Shown one piece after another: positions 1-13,134 of a DNA stretch of 64,000 bases. The DNA lies in contig NC_069007.1 in the NCBI RefSeq assembly GCF_001194135.2, forward strand, positions 21,080,604 through 21,144,603. The letters run 5' to 3'. Source of the stretch: Octopus bimaculoides. Its lineage: Eukaryota. Within the stretch, counting starts at the first letter, position 1. Each line of letters starts with the position of its first letter. Position numbers and translations under genes: made by a program. The notes beneath the pieces were generated by a model. The model saw only the letters and a program-made list of their open reading frames with translations. It had not been told where the DNA came from and made no database searches.

Positions 1-61
1 CGTGTTCCAGAGAACAAACACAGAGAAATGGTGTTTATAATCTCACCCAATAGGAAATATT

Positions 62-3000
62 TTACCTCAGTTTCCTATTAAACGCGGTTATATCAATTCT
101 GTATAAAATCTTCCTATGGTCTTTAAAAGATGATGAATATACTGGTGATGTTTCTGTTGTAACAATTCTATTATTCCATTATTCTGAAATAACAGAAATA
201 ATATAAGATAGAGAATACATTTAAACTGTAGAAATGGCAACAAGGAATATTTCCTACATTTCTGTATTNNNNNNNNNNNNNNNNNNNNNNNNNNNNNNNN
301 NNNNNNNNNNNNNNNNNNNNNNNNNNNNNNNNNNNNNNNNNNNNNNNNNNNNNNNNNNNNNNNNNNNNNNNNNNNNNNNNNNNNNNNNNNNNNNNNNNNN
401 NNNNNNNNNNNNNNNNNNNNNNNNNNNNNNNNNNNNNNNNNNNNNNNNNNNNNNNNNNNNNNNNNNNNNNNNNNNNNNNNNNNNNNNNNNNNNNNNNNNN
501 NNNNNNNNNNNNNNNNNNNNNNNNNNNNNNNNNNNNNNNNNNNNNNNNNNNNNNNNNNNNNNNNNNNNNNNNNNNNNNNNNNNNNNNNNNNNNNNNNNNN
601 NNNNNNNNNNNNNNNNNNNNNNNNNNNNNNNNNNNNNNNNNNNNNNNNNNNNNNNNNNNNNNNNNNNNNNNNNNNNNNNNNNNNNNNNNNNNNNNNNNNN
701 NNNNNNNNNNNNNNNNNNNNNNNNNNNNNNNNNNNNNNNNNNNNNNNNNNNNNNNNNNNNNNNNNNNNNNNNNNNNNNNNNNNNNNNNNNNNNNNNNNNN
801 NNNNNNNNNNNNNNNNNNNNNNNNNNNNNNNNNNNNNNNNNNNNNNNNNNNNNNNNNNNNNNNNNNNNNNNNNNNNNNNNNNNNNNNNNNNNNNNNNNNN
901 NNNNNNNNNNNNNNNNNNNNNNNNNNNNTTAGTCTTAACTGAGTCCCTTTGAATTTATCGAGGGCTTTTTAAACTTTGTAACCCTAGATTTTATGGCATA
1001 CTCTTTTATTATTTTGCTTTGAACTAGCAAAATCGTAGGGGGTCCCACTCGGTCTGAACCCGTTCCTAGTCACGGCAGGATTATCTATGATAAAAGTTGT
1101 GCTATGAGTTGACCTGGGGCTAAATGACAAGAACAACAACGGAACATAAAAGTATATACAAACCCATAAGAGAACTGCTAGAAACAGCAGCTAAAAATGT
1201 GACAGGGTAGTCACGGTTGAGACACTATTGTCTGTAGGTTTAATCAAGGAGGCTTCGCTTCGACTTTACACATCGATATGAAATAACAAATATTGATATT
1301 GGGAAATTAATAAGAGGAAACGGTGTACGCAGTGTCGAGAAAGGATGGATCTGATTGGTTAAAATTAGAAAACATTCTGTTTTTCTTTAACCATTCCATG
1401 TGCGTCGTATTTGTATCTGGTTTTCACGATTCTTTTGTGAATTCGTGTGTTGAAACAAATTTTGTTATATCTAAGNNNNNNNNNNNNNNNNNNNNNNNNN
1501 NNNNNNNNNNNNNNNNNNNNNNNNNNNNNNNNNNNNNNNNNNNNNNNNNNNNNNNNNNNNNNNNNNNNNNNNNNNNNNNNNNNNNNNNNNNNNNNNNNNN
1601 NNNNNNNNNNNNNNNNNNNNNNNNNNNNNNNNNNNNNNNNNNNNNNNNNNNNNNNNNNNNNNNNNNNNNNNNNNNNNNNNNNNNNNNNNNNNNNNNNNNN
1701 NNNNNNNNNNNNNNNNNNNNNNNNNNNNNNNNNNNNNNNNNNNNNNNNNNNNNNNNNNNNNNNNNNNNNNNNNNNNNNNNNNNNNNNNNNNNNNNNNNNN
1801 NNNNNNNNNNNNNNNNNNNNNNNNNNNNNNNNNNNNNNNNNNNNNNNNNNNNNNNNNNNNNNNNNNNNNNNNNNNNNNNNNNNNNNNNNNNNNNNNNNNN
1901 NNNNNNNNNNNNNNNNNNNNNNNNNNNNNNNNNNNNNNNNNNNNNNNNNNNNNNNNNNNNNNNNNNNNNNNNNNNNNNNNNNNNNNNNNNNNNNNNNNNN
2001 NNNNNNNNNNNNNNNNNNNNNNNNNNNNNNNNNNNNNNNNNNNNNNNNNNNNNNNNNNNNNNNNNNNNNNNNNNNNNNNNNNNNNNNNNNNNNNNNNNNN
2101 NNNNNNNNNNNNNNNNNNNNNNNNNNNNNNNNNNNNNNNNNNNNNNNNNNNNNNNNNNNNNTTTTTAGCTGCTGTTTCTAGCAGTTCTCTTATGGGTTTG
2201 TATATACTTTTATGTTCCGTTGTTGTTCTTGTCATTTAGCCCCAGGTCAACTCATAGCAGGACTTTTATCATAGATAATCCTGCCGTGACTAGGAACGGG
2301 TTCAGACCGAGTGGGACCCCCTACGATTTTGCTAAATCAAAGCAAAATAATAAAAGAGTATGCCATAAAATCTAGGGTTACAGAGTTTAAAAAGCCCTCG
2401 ATAAATTCAAAGGGACTCAGTTAAGACTAATGGCTTTTTAAATCTAAAATGGTCCATTAAATTAACAGAAGGTTCAATAATTTTAAAAGAATTTTTTAAT
2501 TAAAAAATTGCCAGGTTTAGAAAAAAATACAAATTAATTTACTGTAACCATGGTTACGGGTTCAGTTCCCACCTTGGGCATGTGTCTTCTATAGCCTCGG
2601 GCTACACAAAGCCTTGTGAGAGGATTTGGTAGACGGAAACTGAAAGAAACCCTTTGTATATAAATATGTGTGTGTGTGTGTGTGTGTCCAGTCACTGCTT
2701 GGAAGCTGGTGTTGTGTTTATGTTTCCGTAAGGTAGCGGTTCGACAAAAGTGACCGATAGAATAAGTACCAGGCTTAAATGACTGAAACAAGTAAAAGAG
2801 TAATATGTATACAAGTTAGATATGGCATATGAGGGGACAGATTAGATGAGATTAATTTTTCAAATAAAGTTTTGCATCAATAATTTATCAATACAGAAAT
2901 GTAGGAAATATTCCTTGTTGCCATTTCTACAGTTTAAATGTATTCTCTATCTTATATTATTTCTGTTATTTCAGAATAATGGAATAATAGAATTGTTACA

Positions 3001-3096
3001 ACAGAAACATCACCAGTATATTCATCATCTTTTAAAGACCATAGGAAGATTTTATACAGAATTGATATAACCGCGTTTAATAGGAAACTGAGGTAA
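62..3096. repeat. Large inverted repeat with two visible arm segments
   Basis: 62-268 is the reverse complement of 2890-3096 (207 bp, no mismatch noticed); 929-1197 is the reverse complement of 2162-2430 (269 bp, 5 mismatches). Arm ends abut N gaps. Confidence 0.85.
2553..2805 (+). mobile_element. SINE with CORE-like segment and internal (TG)n
   Basis: GGGTTCAGTTCCC B-box-like motif, CCTTGGGCATGTGTCTT CORE-like segment, tail ACTGAAACAAGTAAAAGAGTAA also seen near 8432. Confidence 0.55.
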
Positions 3097-3703
3097 NNNN
3101 NNNNNNNNNNNNNNNNNNNNNNNNNNNNNNNNNNNNNNNNNNNNNNNNNNNNNNNNNNNNNNNNNNNNNNNNNNNNNNNNNNNNNNNNNNNNNNNNNNNN
3201 NNNNNNNNNNNNNNNNNNNNNNNNNNNNNNNNNNNNNNNNNNNNNNNNNNNNNNNNNNNNNNNNNNNNNNNNNNNNNNNNNNNNNNNNNNNNNNNNNNNN
3301 NNNNNNNNNNNNNNNNNNNNNNNNNNNNNNNNNNNNNNNNNNNNNNNNNNNNNNNNNNNNNNNNNNNNNNNNNNNNNNNNNNNNNNNNNNNNNNNNNNNN
3401 NNNNNNNNNNNNNNNNNNNNNNNNNNNNNNNNNNNNNNNNNNNNNNNNNNNNNNNNNNNNNNNNNNNNNNNNNNNNNNNNNNNNNNNNNNNNNNNNNNNN
3501 NNNNNNNNNNNNNNNNNNNNNNNNNNNNNNNNNNNNNNNNNNNNNNNNNNNNNNNNNNNNNNNNNNNNNNNNNNNNNNNNNNNNNNNNNNNNNNNNNNNN
3601 NNNNNNNNNNNNNNNNNNNNNNNNNNNNNNNNNNNNNNNNNNNNNNNNNNNNNNNNNNNNNNNNNNNNNNNNNNNNNNNNNNNNNNNNNNNNNNNNNNNN
3701 NNA

Positions 3704-5061
3704 AAGCCATATCAATGTGATATCTGTGATAAATCATTCTCTCATGGAAGTACTTTAACTAAACACAAACGTATTCATACAGGAGAAAAGCCATATCAGT
3801 GTGGTACCTGTGGCCGATCGTTCTCTCAAAATCATAACTTAACCACGCATAAACGCATTCATACAGGTGAGAAACCATTTCACTGTGATATCTGTGGTGA
3901 GTCATTCACTCAGAGCCATCATTTAATTACACACAAATATGTTCATACAGGAGAAAAGCCATATCAATGTGATATCTGTGGTAAATCATTCTCTCAAAGT
4001 TGTGAATTAACTAAACACAAATGTATTCACACAGGAGAGAAACCATATCAATGTGATATCTGTGGTAAATCATTCTCTCAAACATCTGGTTTAACTAATC
4101 ACAAACGTATTCATACAGGTGAGAAACCATTTCACTGTGATATCTGTGGTGAGTCATTCACTCAGAGCCATCATTTAATTACACACAAATATGTTCATAC
4201 TGGAGAAAAGCCATATCAATGTGATATCTGTGGTAAATCATTCTCTGTTGGCAGTACTTTAACTAAACACAAACGTATTCATACAGGAGAGAAGCCATAT
4301 CAGTGTGGTACCTGTGGCCAATCGTTCTCTCAAAATCATAACTTAATTACTCACAAGCGCATTCATACAGGAGAAAAACCATATCGATGTGATATTTGTG
4401 GTAAATCTTTCTCTTATACTAGTGATGTAACTAAACATAAACGTATTCATACAGGAGAGAAACCATATCAGTGTGATATCTGTGGTGAATCATTCACGCA
4501 GAATCAAAACCTAACTAGTCACAATCGTATTCATACAGNNNNNNNNNNACAGGAGAGAAACCATATCAGTGTGATATCTGTGGTGAATCATTCACGCAGA
4601 ATCAAAACCTAACTAGTCACAATCGTATTCATACAGGAGAGAAACCATATCAATGTGAAATCTGTGGCCGATCATTCTCTCGGAATCAGCACTTATCTAA
4701 CCACAAACGTATTCATACAGGAGACAAACCATATCACTGTGATATCTGTGGTAAATCATTCTCAAGAAATCATCATTTAACTGCTCACAAACGTATTCAT
4801 ACAGGAGAGAAACCATATCAATGTGATATCTGTGGTGAATCATTCACTCAGAATCAAAACCTAACTAGTCACAAACGTATTCAGACAGGAGACAAACCAT
4901 ATCACTGTGATATCTGTGATAGATCATTTTCTCAGAACCATCACTTATCTAATCACAAATGCATCCATACAGAGGAAAAAGAAAGTCAATGTGATATCTG
5001 CAGAGAATCATTCTCTCAAAGTGCTGAGTTAATTTCCCATAAATGCATCCATTCAGCATAG
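3704..5061 (+). CDS. Z1: poly-C2H2 zinc-finger protein, 5' end in gap, at least 15 fingers
   Basis: Open reading of CxxC..HxxxH-TGEKP units from 3704 to TAG 5059-5061. The 10-N gap at 4539-4548 is flanked by an identical 88-bp overlap, so one finger appears twice. Not in the ORF track because the start is missing. Confidence 0.85.
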
Positions 5062-5879
5062 AAACTACATCACTACATTATCTGTAGTAAATCATTCTCC
5101 CAAATCATCAACTGTCTTATAAGTTTATTGTATAATGTGCTCATTGGAAAAAGTTAAAAGGGGAAATAGAAAGCAGACATATAAGTGCAGTAAAGACAGC
5201 AATGAAGGCTCAAANNNNNNNNNNNNNNNNNNNNNNNNNNNNNNNNNNNNNNNNNNNNNNNNNNNNNNNNNNNNNNNNNNNNNNNNNNNNNNNNNNNNNN
5301 NNNNNNNNNNNNNNNNNNNNNNNNNNNNNNNNNNNNNNNNNNNNNNNNNNNNNNNNNNNNNNNNNNNNNNNNNNNNNNNNNNNNNNNNNNNNNNNNNNNN
5401 NNNNNNNNNNNNNNNNNNNNNNNNNNNNNNNNNNNNNNNNNNNNNNNNNNNNNNNNNNNNNNNNNNNNNNNNNNNNNNNNNNNNAGAAATGCATGCAGGA
5501 ATAGAGGGACAAAGAGGAAAGAGAGGAATAGGAACATCAGGAATAGTGATGGTGTATTTGGGGAAACCTGAAATTTTTGAAGGTTGCAGTCAACACATAG
5601 TTCATTCCCCGCTTCACTAATTGAGCACATGAACAAATATTTCTGAAAGCCATGGGTGCTGCACTGTTTTTTTTTTATTATTATTTTATAAGCATGTCCA
5701 TGGCTAGTTGAGGTATGGACTTCAAAAAAGTGACCAACGTTGCTGGAAGGATGGCAGATAATCTAGCAGAGTTCAATCAAATCAGACATTTGACATCAAA
5801 ACTAGTGTATCAATGCTGAGAGAGATATAATAAGTGATGGACAGATGGTACTTGTTTGGCTACACATCTCTGGACTCTA

Positions 5880-6130
5880 TTATACATTCCAAAATGTATA
5901 ATAGTGCCATTGTCTACCTGCCGACTTGTGTTGCCAGTCAGCAATCAATTGCTGCATTTTATCCAGTTCAAATTAAGGGAAAGATCTGTAGGGTACTGGA
6001 TCTATTCTTGTATCTTAAGGTACATCTTCATGTTGTCTACATGTTGTACCACACTAACATGTTTCTGTTTGGCATCTGTTTCATTAATGTAAGCAACAAG
6101 GGACCAAGAACAGATCCCTGTGGCAGATTT
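5880..6130 (-). mobile_element. Degraded CR1/L2-type LINE reverse transcriptase relic
   Basis: Minus strand gives LPQGSVLGPL, then AYINE and HVDNMK after a frameshift, matching the CR1/L2 PQGSVLGPLLF..YIND..ADDTK pattern; stops present. Confidence 0.6.
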
Positions 6131-6169
6131 AATGGCATTGCATAAGGTGCAGAATGACTTCTTCTTTTC

Positions 6170-6265
6170 AACAAAGTCTCTCAAAAATCATTTTTTCACT
6201 GGGCACCAACGTATTCACACAGAAGAGAAACCTTTTATTATAAGTGAAGTGTGTAATATTCTGTG
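6170..6265 (+). pseudogene. Isolated decayed zinc-finger remnant
   Basis: Translates [11 protein letters not shown]; flanking cysteines lost. Confidence 0.4.
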
Positions 6266-6459
6266 TGAACTGCCACAATCATTTGTCTTCACTTTTGTAA
6301 GTACCAAAATCTTGAATGGTAACCTCATCATTCTTTGTATATATTTATAATGTGAAATCTAAATAAAGCTGTTTTACTCTTTTAAGTATTCTTCTATCTT
6401 TTCGTATGTACAACATCTAACCAAACCTTGCATTGACCCAATCATAAACTAAACAATTC

Positions 6460-7060
6460 ATAGACACAATGATGAATACCAAAGTGATATCCATTTGTTC
6501 CATATGGAAAAAGTAACAGATACTGTAGAGCATTGTAGGAGTGGTTTTTATCACTTACGCGTTGAATGGAACAATCTCTCCACTTTATAATTATATCCCA
6601 TTTTCCAGTTTGTTCACCTGCTAAAATTATAGCTATCACATTAATCTCTGATGCACCAAAATGCTTTGAATGCTCAGCTGGGGGCATTCCATCAGAATTG
6701 ATCACCAATTGAAAATTTCTGCTTTCTGTATTATCAAGGGTACATTTGAAACTCCTGATATAATTATTATTGTTATGAAGCATTTGTTGAAGTTGTTGTG
6801 TTATGTCAAAGTGAAGTCCTTCATGAGGATTACACCTTATTTCAGCTTGCTTTTGCATGTTGTTAATGAAATAAACTTGCAAAAATTTATGGTCTTCATT
6901 TTCTAGTGGTAAAATGCTTCCGATTCGATGATATACTTGACCTTGGGTTTTGAATGTGGATATAAACCCTCTGTCATTCACAGTATTTGTTCCAAATAAA
7001 GTCGTTTGGAAAGCATTACTATATTGTTGTATTTTCTGTAGAAAATGCTCTGAATGGGTG
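6460..7060 (-). mobile_element. Helitron Rep-region fragment
   Basis: FKTQGQVYHRIGSILP..KFLQVYF..IQRVSDKNHSYNALQYLLLFPYGTNGYH matches the conserved N-terminal region of Helitron RepHel proteins. Confidence 0.85.
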
Positions 7061-7277
7061 GGGGNNNNNNNNNNNNNNNNNNNNNNNNNNNNNNNNNNNN
7101 NNNNNNNNNNNNNNNNNNNNNNNNNNNNNNNNNNNNNNNNNNNNNNNNNNNNNNNNNNNNNNNNNNNNNNNNNNNNNNNNNNNNNNNNNNNNNNNNNNNN
7201 NNNNNNNNNNNNNNNNNNNNNNNNNNNNNNNNNNNNNNNNNNNNNGGAAAGAAAGGTAGCGCAATTTCCCTCCTCCT

Positions 7278-7680
7278 CATCATCATCGTTTAACGTCCGC
7301 TTTCCATGCTGGCATGGGTTGGATGATTTGACTGAGGACTGGTGAAACCAGATGGCTACACCAGGCTCCAATCTGATTTGGCAGAGTTTCTACAGCCAAA
7401 TCAGATTGGAGCCTGGTGCAGGTGGTTCATTTAACCATTTTTTACCACCACAGTAATAGCATTGGAGAGACATTGAGTCAATTTCAGATAGCTTCCGCTA
7501 TCTGGGCGACCAAGTTAGTAGTGGGGGTGGGTGCACNNNNNNNNNNNNNNNNNNNNNNNNNNNNNNNNNNNNNNNNNNNNNNNNNNNNNNNNNNNNNNNN
7601 NNNNNNNNNNNNNNNNNNNNNNNNNNNNNNNNNNNNTAGCATGGAAAGCGGACGTTAAACGATGATGATGATGATGATGC
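7278..7680. mobile_element. Two oppositely oriented (GAT)n-tailed SINE 3' ends
   Basis: CATCATCATCGTTTAACGTCCGCTTTCCATGC at 7278 and its reverse complement GCATGGAAAGCGGACGTTAAACGATGATG ending near 7680; same family recurs elsewhere in the window. Confidence 0.75.
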
Positions 7681-8289
7681 TGATTGGTTTTGTAATCGAA
7701 AGCAGCAACACTCCATTGCTGACCTGACTTACCTTTGTGATGCCTAATTCGGACCTTTACATGTCTATTTGCTTTTTTTTTGTGCTGTTTCTTGCTTACA
7801 ATGTTATGCTATAACTGGTATGTGATGAATGAAGATGGTCTCACGTTTATCACAACCAGTGAGAATATTTGCTTCAATGCAGTTCATTATAGGTTTGTGC
7901 ACAATTAGTGTTGCCTTCCTTGAACCATTTACTTTCATTTTATGGGACAAACAAACACACAGACAGACAGAATCTCTCTTTTGTATATACAGATATATAA
8001 AAGTTCAAGATTCAAATGAATCAGGTGCTTAAATAGTAAAGCACTGGGTTGTGTCAAAAACAAAATTGTATCCATGTATGCTACAAAATCAGAGTAACAA
8101 ATACCAACATACTGAAGTACAGACAGATTATTATTCCAGTTGTATATACAACTGCACCTGACTGAGTATGCTATGAGTCTCAAGGCTGTAGGAACATACA
8201 TTGCAGCAATTGTACTGCACTTGATAGGCTCCAGAACCATGCTAATAGCAGGTTCTGAGTAAGGTAGATAATAAATAAACAGCCAGAAA

Positions 8290-8770
8290 AGGATTTACCA
8301 CAGATATCACAGGGAAATGGTTTCTTCTCTGTATGTGTTTGTGGCTAGTTAATTGATATCTGTAAGAGAACAATTTACTACAGATATCACAGAGATACTG
8401 TCTCTCTCCAGTATGAATGCATTTGTGACACTGAAACAAGTAAAAGAGTAAATATAAATAAAATGGAAGCATACAAAAATAAACATTATTTTCCATCTTT
8501 TTGTTTCATTTTGAAAAATGAAAATTTATTTCATGATTTATTGTTGTTTGCATTTTGAATTATTTTTGTTTACATTTTGAACTGTTTATGTATACTTGAA
8601 GGCACCAAAACCTTTTAAGTGCTTAGGGCCTCTCTGGGCCTTAATGCAGCCCTGCTGATATACTTCCCTTCTGTATGAATACGCTTGTATTGACTGAGTT
8701 TACCTTGTTCTGAGAATGACTTTTTGCAGATGTCACACTCATATGATGATTTTCCTAATTCTTCCAACAT
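8290..8770 (-). pseudogene. Disrupted zinc-finger pseudogene
   Basis: Family start [32 protein letters not shown] at 8770, broken at 8654 by an insertion; frameshifted finger remnants resume at 8430-8290. Confidence 0.7.
8595..8654 (-). mobile_element. hAT-like DNA transposon terminus inside the pseudogene
   Basis: Minus strand begins CAGGGCTGCATTAAGGCCC where finger homology stops; only one end seen, no TSD confirmed. Confidence 0.35.
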
Positions 8771-9330
8771 CGCTTCAGGACAATACAAGGGACAAATGGG
8801 GTTGGGGACTTAACAAATGATATTACATGAATAAATATATTATAATTTCGGATGAGAAATGAGAAGCAAAAAATGAACAGACATGGAATGGGTTTGACCC
8901 CACCAAACACATTCCTGCATTCCACCATTTTTCTTTGTCCTTTTGTTTTTACTCCACTTATGGACATACAAGCGAGGTTGTTCGTTTCCAGCCTTCCCTG
9001 AAAAACACAACTACTCATGCAAAAATATGACCTTGCTTGGAAACTGGTATGGGTCAATGAAAAAAGAGGCGTGTGGACACAGAAGATATGCTGTATAGAA
9101 TTTTCTATGACCCATACAAGCACGAAAGATCACGCCCAAATGGTGCTATTTACGTGCCCCCGGCACGCAGGCCAGACAGCTAGAGCTCTGGCAACGATCA
9201 GGCTCGGACGGTGCTCTTAGACATAAAATAATGGTGATGCTGATGATGATTGTAGTGAATTAGATCCTTTTCTGTTTGAATGCCTTAGTGTTGCAACAAC
9301 TGAGCACTTGGAGAGAATGATGATGATGAT

Positions 9331-9469
9331 CATCATCATCGTTTAACGTCTGCTTTCCATGCTAGCATGGGTTGGACGATTTGACTGAGGACTGGTGCAA
9401 CCGGATGGCAACACCAAGCTCCAATCTGATTTGGCAGAGTTTCTACAGCTGGATGCCCTTCCTAACGCC
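9331..9469 (-). mobile_element. (GAT)n-tailed SINE 3' fragment
   Basis: Near-identical to the 7278 and 14581 copies. Confidence 0.75.
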
Positions 9470-9532
9470 ATGGTTTTATCTTTCACATCAATGTGACAGT
9501 TAACTCATTGTTCATTCATCATTTTGAAAGAA

Positions 9533-10750
9533 TTATTTAGGAGTGATTTCAGATTTCTCTCTTGCATGAATACGTTTGTGTTTAGTTAAGCTGCTCCCAA
9601 CTGAGAAGGATTTCCCACAGACATTACAGCGATGTGGCTTCTCTGCTGAATGAATACGTTTATGAACAGTTAAGTGATATTTTCTAGAGAATGATTTACC
9701 ACAAATATCACAATATGGTTTCTCTCCTGTGTGTAAGCGTTTGTGGATAGCAAATTCATTATTTCGAGCAAATGATTTACCACAGGTATCACACAGATAA
9801 GGTTTCTCCCCTGTATGAATACGCTTGTGAATAGCCAAGCTATCTCGGTTAGACAATGATTTACTACAAATATCACACTGATACGGCTTCTCTCCTGTAT
9901 GAACGCGTTTGTGACTAACTAAACATCGATTTTCATAGAATGATTTACCACAGATATCACAGTGATGTGGTTTCTCCCCTGTGTGAAGGCGTTTGTGTCG
10001 AGTTAACCTACTTCCATCAGAGAATGATTTACTACAGATATCACAATAAAATGGTTTCTCCCCTGTATGAATACGTTTGTGAGTAGTTAAGCTAGACGCA
10101 GCAGAGAATGATTTACCACAGACATCACAGTGATATGGTTTCTCTCCTGAGTGAATAAGTTTGTGAGTAGTTAAGTTACTTGTAGCAGAGAATGATTTAC
10201 CACAGATATCACAGTGATACGGTTTTTCTCCTGTATGTGTGCGTTTGTGTTTAGTTACGGTACTCCCTGTAGAGAATGATTTACCACAGATATCACAATG
10301 ATATGGTTTCTCCCCAGTATGAATGCGTACATGAGTAGTTAAATCCCTATTTTGAGTGAATGATTTACCACAAGTATCACAATGATATGGTTTCTCTCCT
10401 GTATGAATATATTTGTGTATATTCAACTTATCTCTTCGAGAGAATGATTGCCCACAGATATCACAGTGATATGGTTTCTCTCCTGTATGAATTCGCACGT
10501 GTTTAATTAAACTGCCTCCAAGAGAGAATGATTTTCCACAGATGTCACAGTGATATGGTTTCTCACCTGTGTGAATCCGTTTGTGACTCACTAAATCTGA
10601 ATTTTGATAGAAGGATTTACCACACGTATCACAGTGATGTTGTTTCTCTCCTCTATGAAAGCGTTTGTGTTGGTTGAGTTTGCCTTCGTTTGAAAATGAT
10701 GCTTTGCAGATGTCATAGTCATGTAATGATTTTCCTAATTCTTCCGACAT
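9533..10750 (-). CDS. Z2: C2H2 zinc-finger protein, 405 aa, 13 fingers plus degenerate first finger
   Basis: Uninterrupted ORF with family leader MSEELGKS and TGEKP linkers. Confidence 0.93.
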   Translation of the reverse strand: MSEELGKSLHDYDICKASFSNEGKLNQHKRFHRGEKQHHCDTCGKSFYQNSDLVSHKRIHTGEKPYHCDICGKSFSLGGSLIKHVRIHTGEKPYHCDICGQSFSRRDKLNIHKYIHTGEKPYHCDTCGKSFTQNRDLTTHVRIHTGEKPYHCDICGKSFSTGSTVTKHKRTHTGEKPYHCDICGKSFSATSNLTTHKLIHSGEKPYHCDVCGKSFSAASSLTTHKRIHTGEKPFYCDICSKSFSDGSRLTRHKRLHTGEKPHHCDICGKSFYENRCLVSHKRVHTGEKPYQCDICSKSLSNRDSLAIHKRIHTGEKPYLCDTCGKSFARNNEFAIHKRLHTGEKPYCDICGKSFSRKYHLTVHKRIHSAEKPHRCNVCGKSFSVGSSLTKHKRIHAREKSEITPK

Positions 10751-11019
10751 CTCTCCAGGAAAAATAAAATCAATCCTTCAATAACTTTTCAAAAATAATT
10801 CTTCTCTCACCAAAATATATGGATATTTTTCGTCTTTATACTTTATTCCAAACAAATATCACTTCTCTTATATTTCTTCTAAATGTGATGTTTGTCAATG
10901 TTTAGAAATGTTGCAAATACTCTTTGTAAATTCATGAAAGTATATTTACAAGAGAAAATTATCTCAGACACAGAGGTAAAGAAATGGTTCTTCTCTCAGA
11001 GGGAATATTTTACAGTAAT

Positions 11020-11085
11020 TCAGCAGTGTTTCATAGAAGCCGGGTTATACGTTTGTAGAATATCTTTGCAGAGTCTTTCGAACAT
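11020..11085 (-). other. Z2 upstream ORF MFERLCKDILQTYNPASMKHC
   Basis: ATG 11085 to TGA 11020; follows the TTCTTTCAG acceptor (AG at 11148-11147). Confidence 0.6.
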
Positions 11086-12048
11086 GATACATATTGGTGA
11101 TTCTTTAAAAGTAAAAAATACTCTTTAGCCAATTTCATGTGATTTTCTGAAAGAATAGAAAAATAATATAAGACATAGAATATGTTTAAGAGTTAGATAT
11201 TCAAAAGTATTAATTTATGACATTAAATCCATTAGAGTTCAACAGGATTATTTATTATTGCTGACGGGAGCTGGCACGTCAATCGTCGTAAAGTCGATCG
11301 GTCGTAAGTCGACTACGACCTGCATTGGTTAATGTGGATAATTAAATTAGTGAAGATATTTCTCTAAACGTTGTTATTTTACTTAAATTTTTTATCACCT
11401 TAATATTTACACTTTTAAAATTAGAGTATCTGCGCGCATGTCTTTTATTTCTTTAAAATCATTACATCTTATGACTGATATTTTTCATCGTTATTGTTTC
11501 GAAACGAAAACGAAATATTGTCTACGTCCAAGAATGAAAAATACATTCATATTAAAAGTAGACGTAACACGAAGAGAGGAGGGAGAAAAGAATAACTAAT
11601 GTAATTAATTTAAAATAACATTAAAGAAAAAGATATTAACTGCAAGTTGTAATGATGCAGAGGAACCAACAGCAATAAATAGTTCCACTATTTCAAATAA
11701 ATGTTCCATTTCTTCAGTAGGTGTTATTTCCTTTTCGTTTCAGTACTTCAAATACACGCTCGTATTTTTATACGTTACCAAACATTTAACTAAATTACCG
11801 AATTTACATGTCAGAGATAAAGAGAAATTTTGTTTGAACATAGTATTGATCTGACGTTAAGAATATAAGACATAACAGAAATAACCAAAACTGCAATGGA
11901 ATGTCTAAAAACAAAAACAACATAATTAAAATAACAATATAATTTCGTCTTTGTTTAATGAAATTCTTTTAACTTATTGAACACATCGAAACAAATAGAT
12001 GTACGTAATATGACACATATCCACTAAAAATATTTATATAAATACAAT

Positions 12049-12275
12049 ACTTACATCGAAATATATATGCGTAAAGCCAGTCAACGAGGAAGATGTGACA
12101 ATATATTGAAGTAGTGAGAATCTAAGTCTTGTGGACAAATAACAGCTTCAACAGAATTTCTAGATTTGATTCATATTTTTCAGATCAATATAAAGAAAAG
12201 AATGCTGTTTCTATTTCTTTACACAGTTAATTACCAACCATGTATATTTAATTGGGTTTTCACTTAACTATCAGT
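12049..12275 (-). promoter_or_regulatory. Z2 promoter/exon-1 block with GTAAGT donor
   Basis: Homologous to the block upstream of Z3-Z9; donor at 12054-12049. Confidence 0.6.
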
Positions 12276-12499
12276 TATAAAGTGGAGCCGATCGAGCAGG
12301 ACAGACGTGTACGAAGCAACAACAGGAAATAAACAGAATTGGGAAGGTTTAACAATTAACTGACTAGGGGAGCTGACTCTATTTTCAACATCAGTCTGGC
12401 ATTACTTAATGTTTTATACTAGTGTAGACGTGTCGTCAAAAATAGCGGAGGTTTATTTATGATAGAAAATGACATTATCAAAGCAATGAGAGAAACGAT

Positions 12500-12755
12500 T
12501 AATACATGTCGGATTTTGTGATCCTTTCTAACAATCCGCGTAAGAGTCTGACGGACCCTATCTGAAAGTTTTGGTTTTCTTCCGGAGTTTTGTTTCGACG
12601 AGGAAGTTTTTCCCTCTTTCTCAAAAGCTGTCATTACTCTCGAAACAGTACTTCTTGAATCACCAAACATTTTGCCTGTTTTCGTTACGCTAGCGCCTGC
12701 TATACGAGCACCAACAATTTGACCCCTTTGAAAGTCTGATAGATCAGTATGTATA
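12500..12755 (-). mobile_element. Tc1-family transposase N-terminal fragment
   Basis: TDLSDFQRGQIVGARIAGASVTKTGKMFGDSRSTVSRV..SGRKPKLSDR is a Tc1 HTH region; catalytic DDE part absent. A Tc1-like TIR sequence (TACAGGCGTTGGAAAAAATAATG) lies near 12843. Confidence 0.88.
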
Positions 12756-12927
12756 TACACAGAACTGAATCATTTCAAGAATAATATACGAATGTAACTT
12801 CTCGGTTGAAAATATCGACCACATAATGTATAAGTATAACACATATACAGGCGTTGGAAAAAATAATGCAAACACCTCGCATCATAGCATCATAATATTG
12901 AAATATCTATAAAACCGTCAAAAGCTC

Positions 12928-12963
12928 TGGCGGAGGTTTGCGCTCTCTGAGTGCTCTTGTTAG
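12928..12963 (+). mobile_element. Possible Helitron-type 3' terminus
   Basis: GCGCTC-TCT-GAGTGC hairpin (12940-12954) followed by TCTTGTTAG; resembles hairpin plus CTRR ends but is imperfect. Confidence 0.3.
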
Positions 12964-13134
12964 AATTGTTTTCAGTACCATTCCGTATCTAATGTCATAG
13001 CACATACATGAAATGGTGCCTTGAAAGAATGTGTAACAGCCAAGCATTTTATATGGCTTATATCGGGATGAAAATTATAAGTATAAAACTATAAAGTTAT
13101 TGAATAAACGGACAGACATCAGTCTTTATCATGT

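Noticed and set aside
4451-4636. Apparent tandem identical finger in Z1
   Set aside because: Identical 88 bp on both sides of a 10-N gap is a typical unmerged contig overlap.
8040-8240. Possible CR1 ORF2 C-terminal relic
   Set aside because: Only a vague LFQLY..EYA resemblance; too degraded to support without a profile search.
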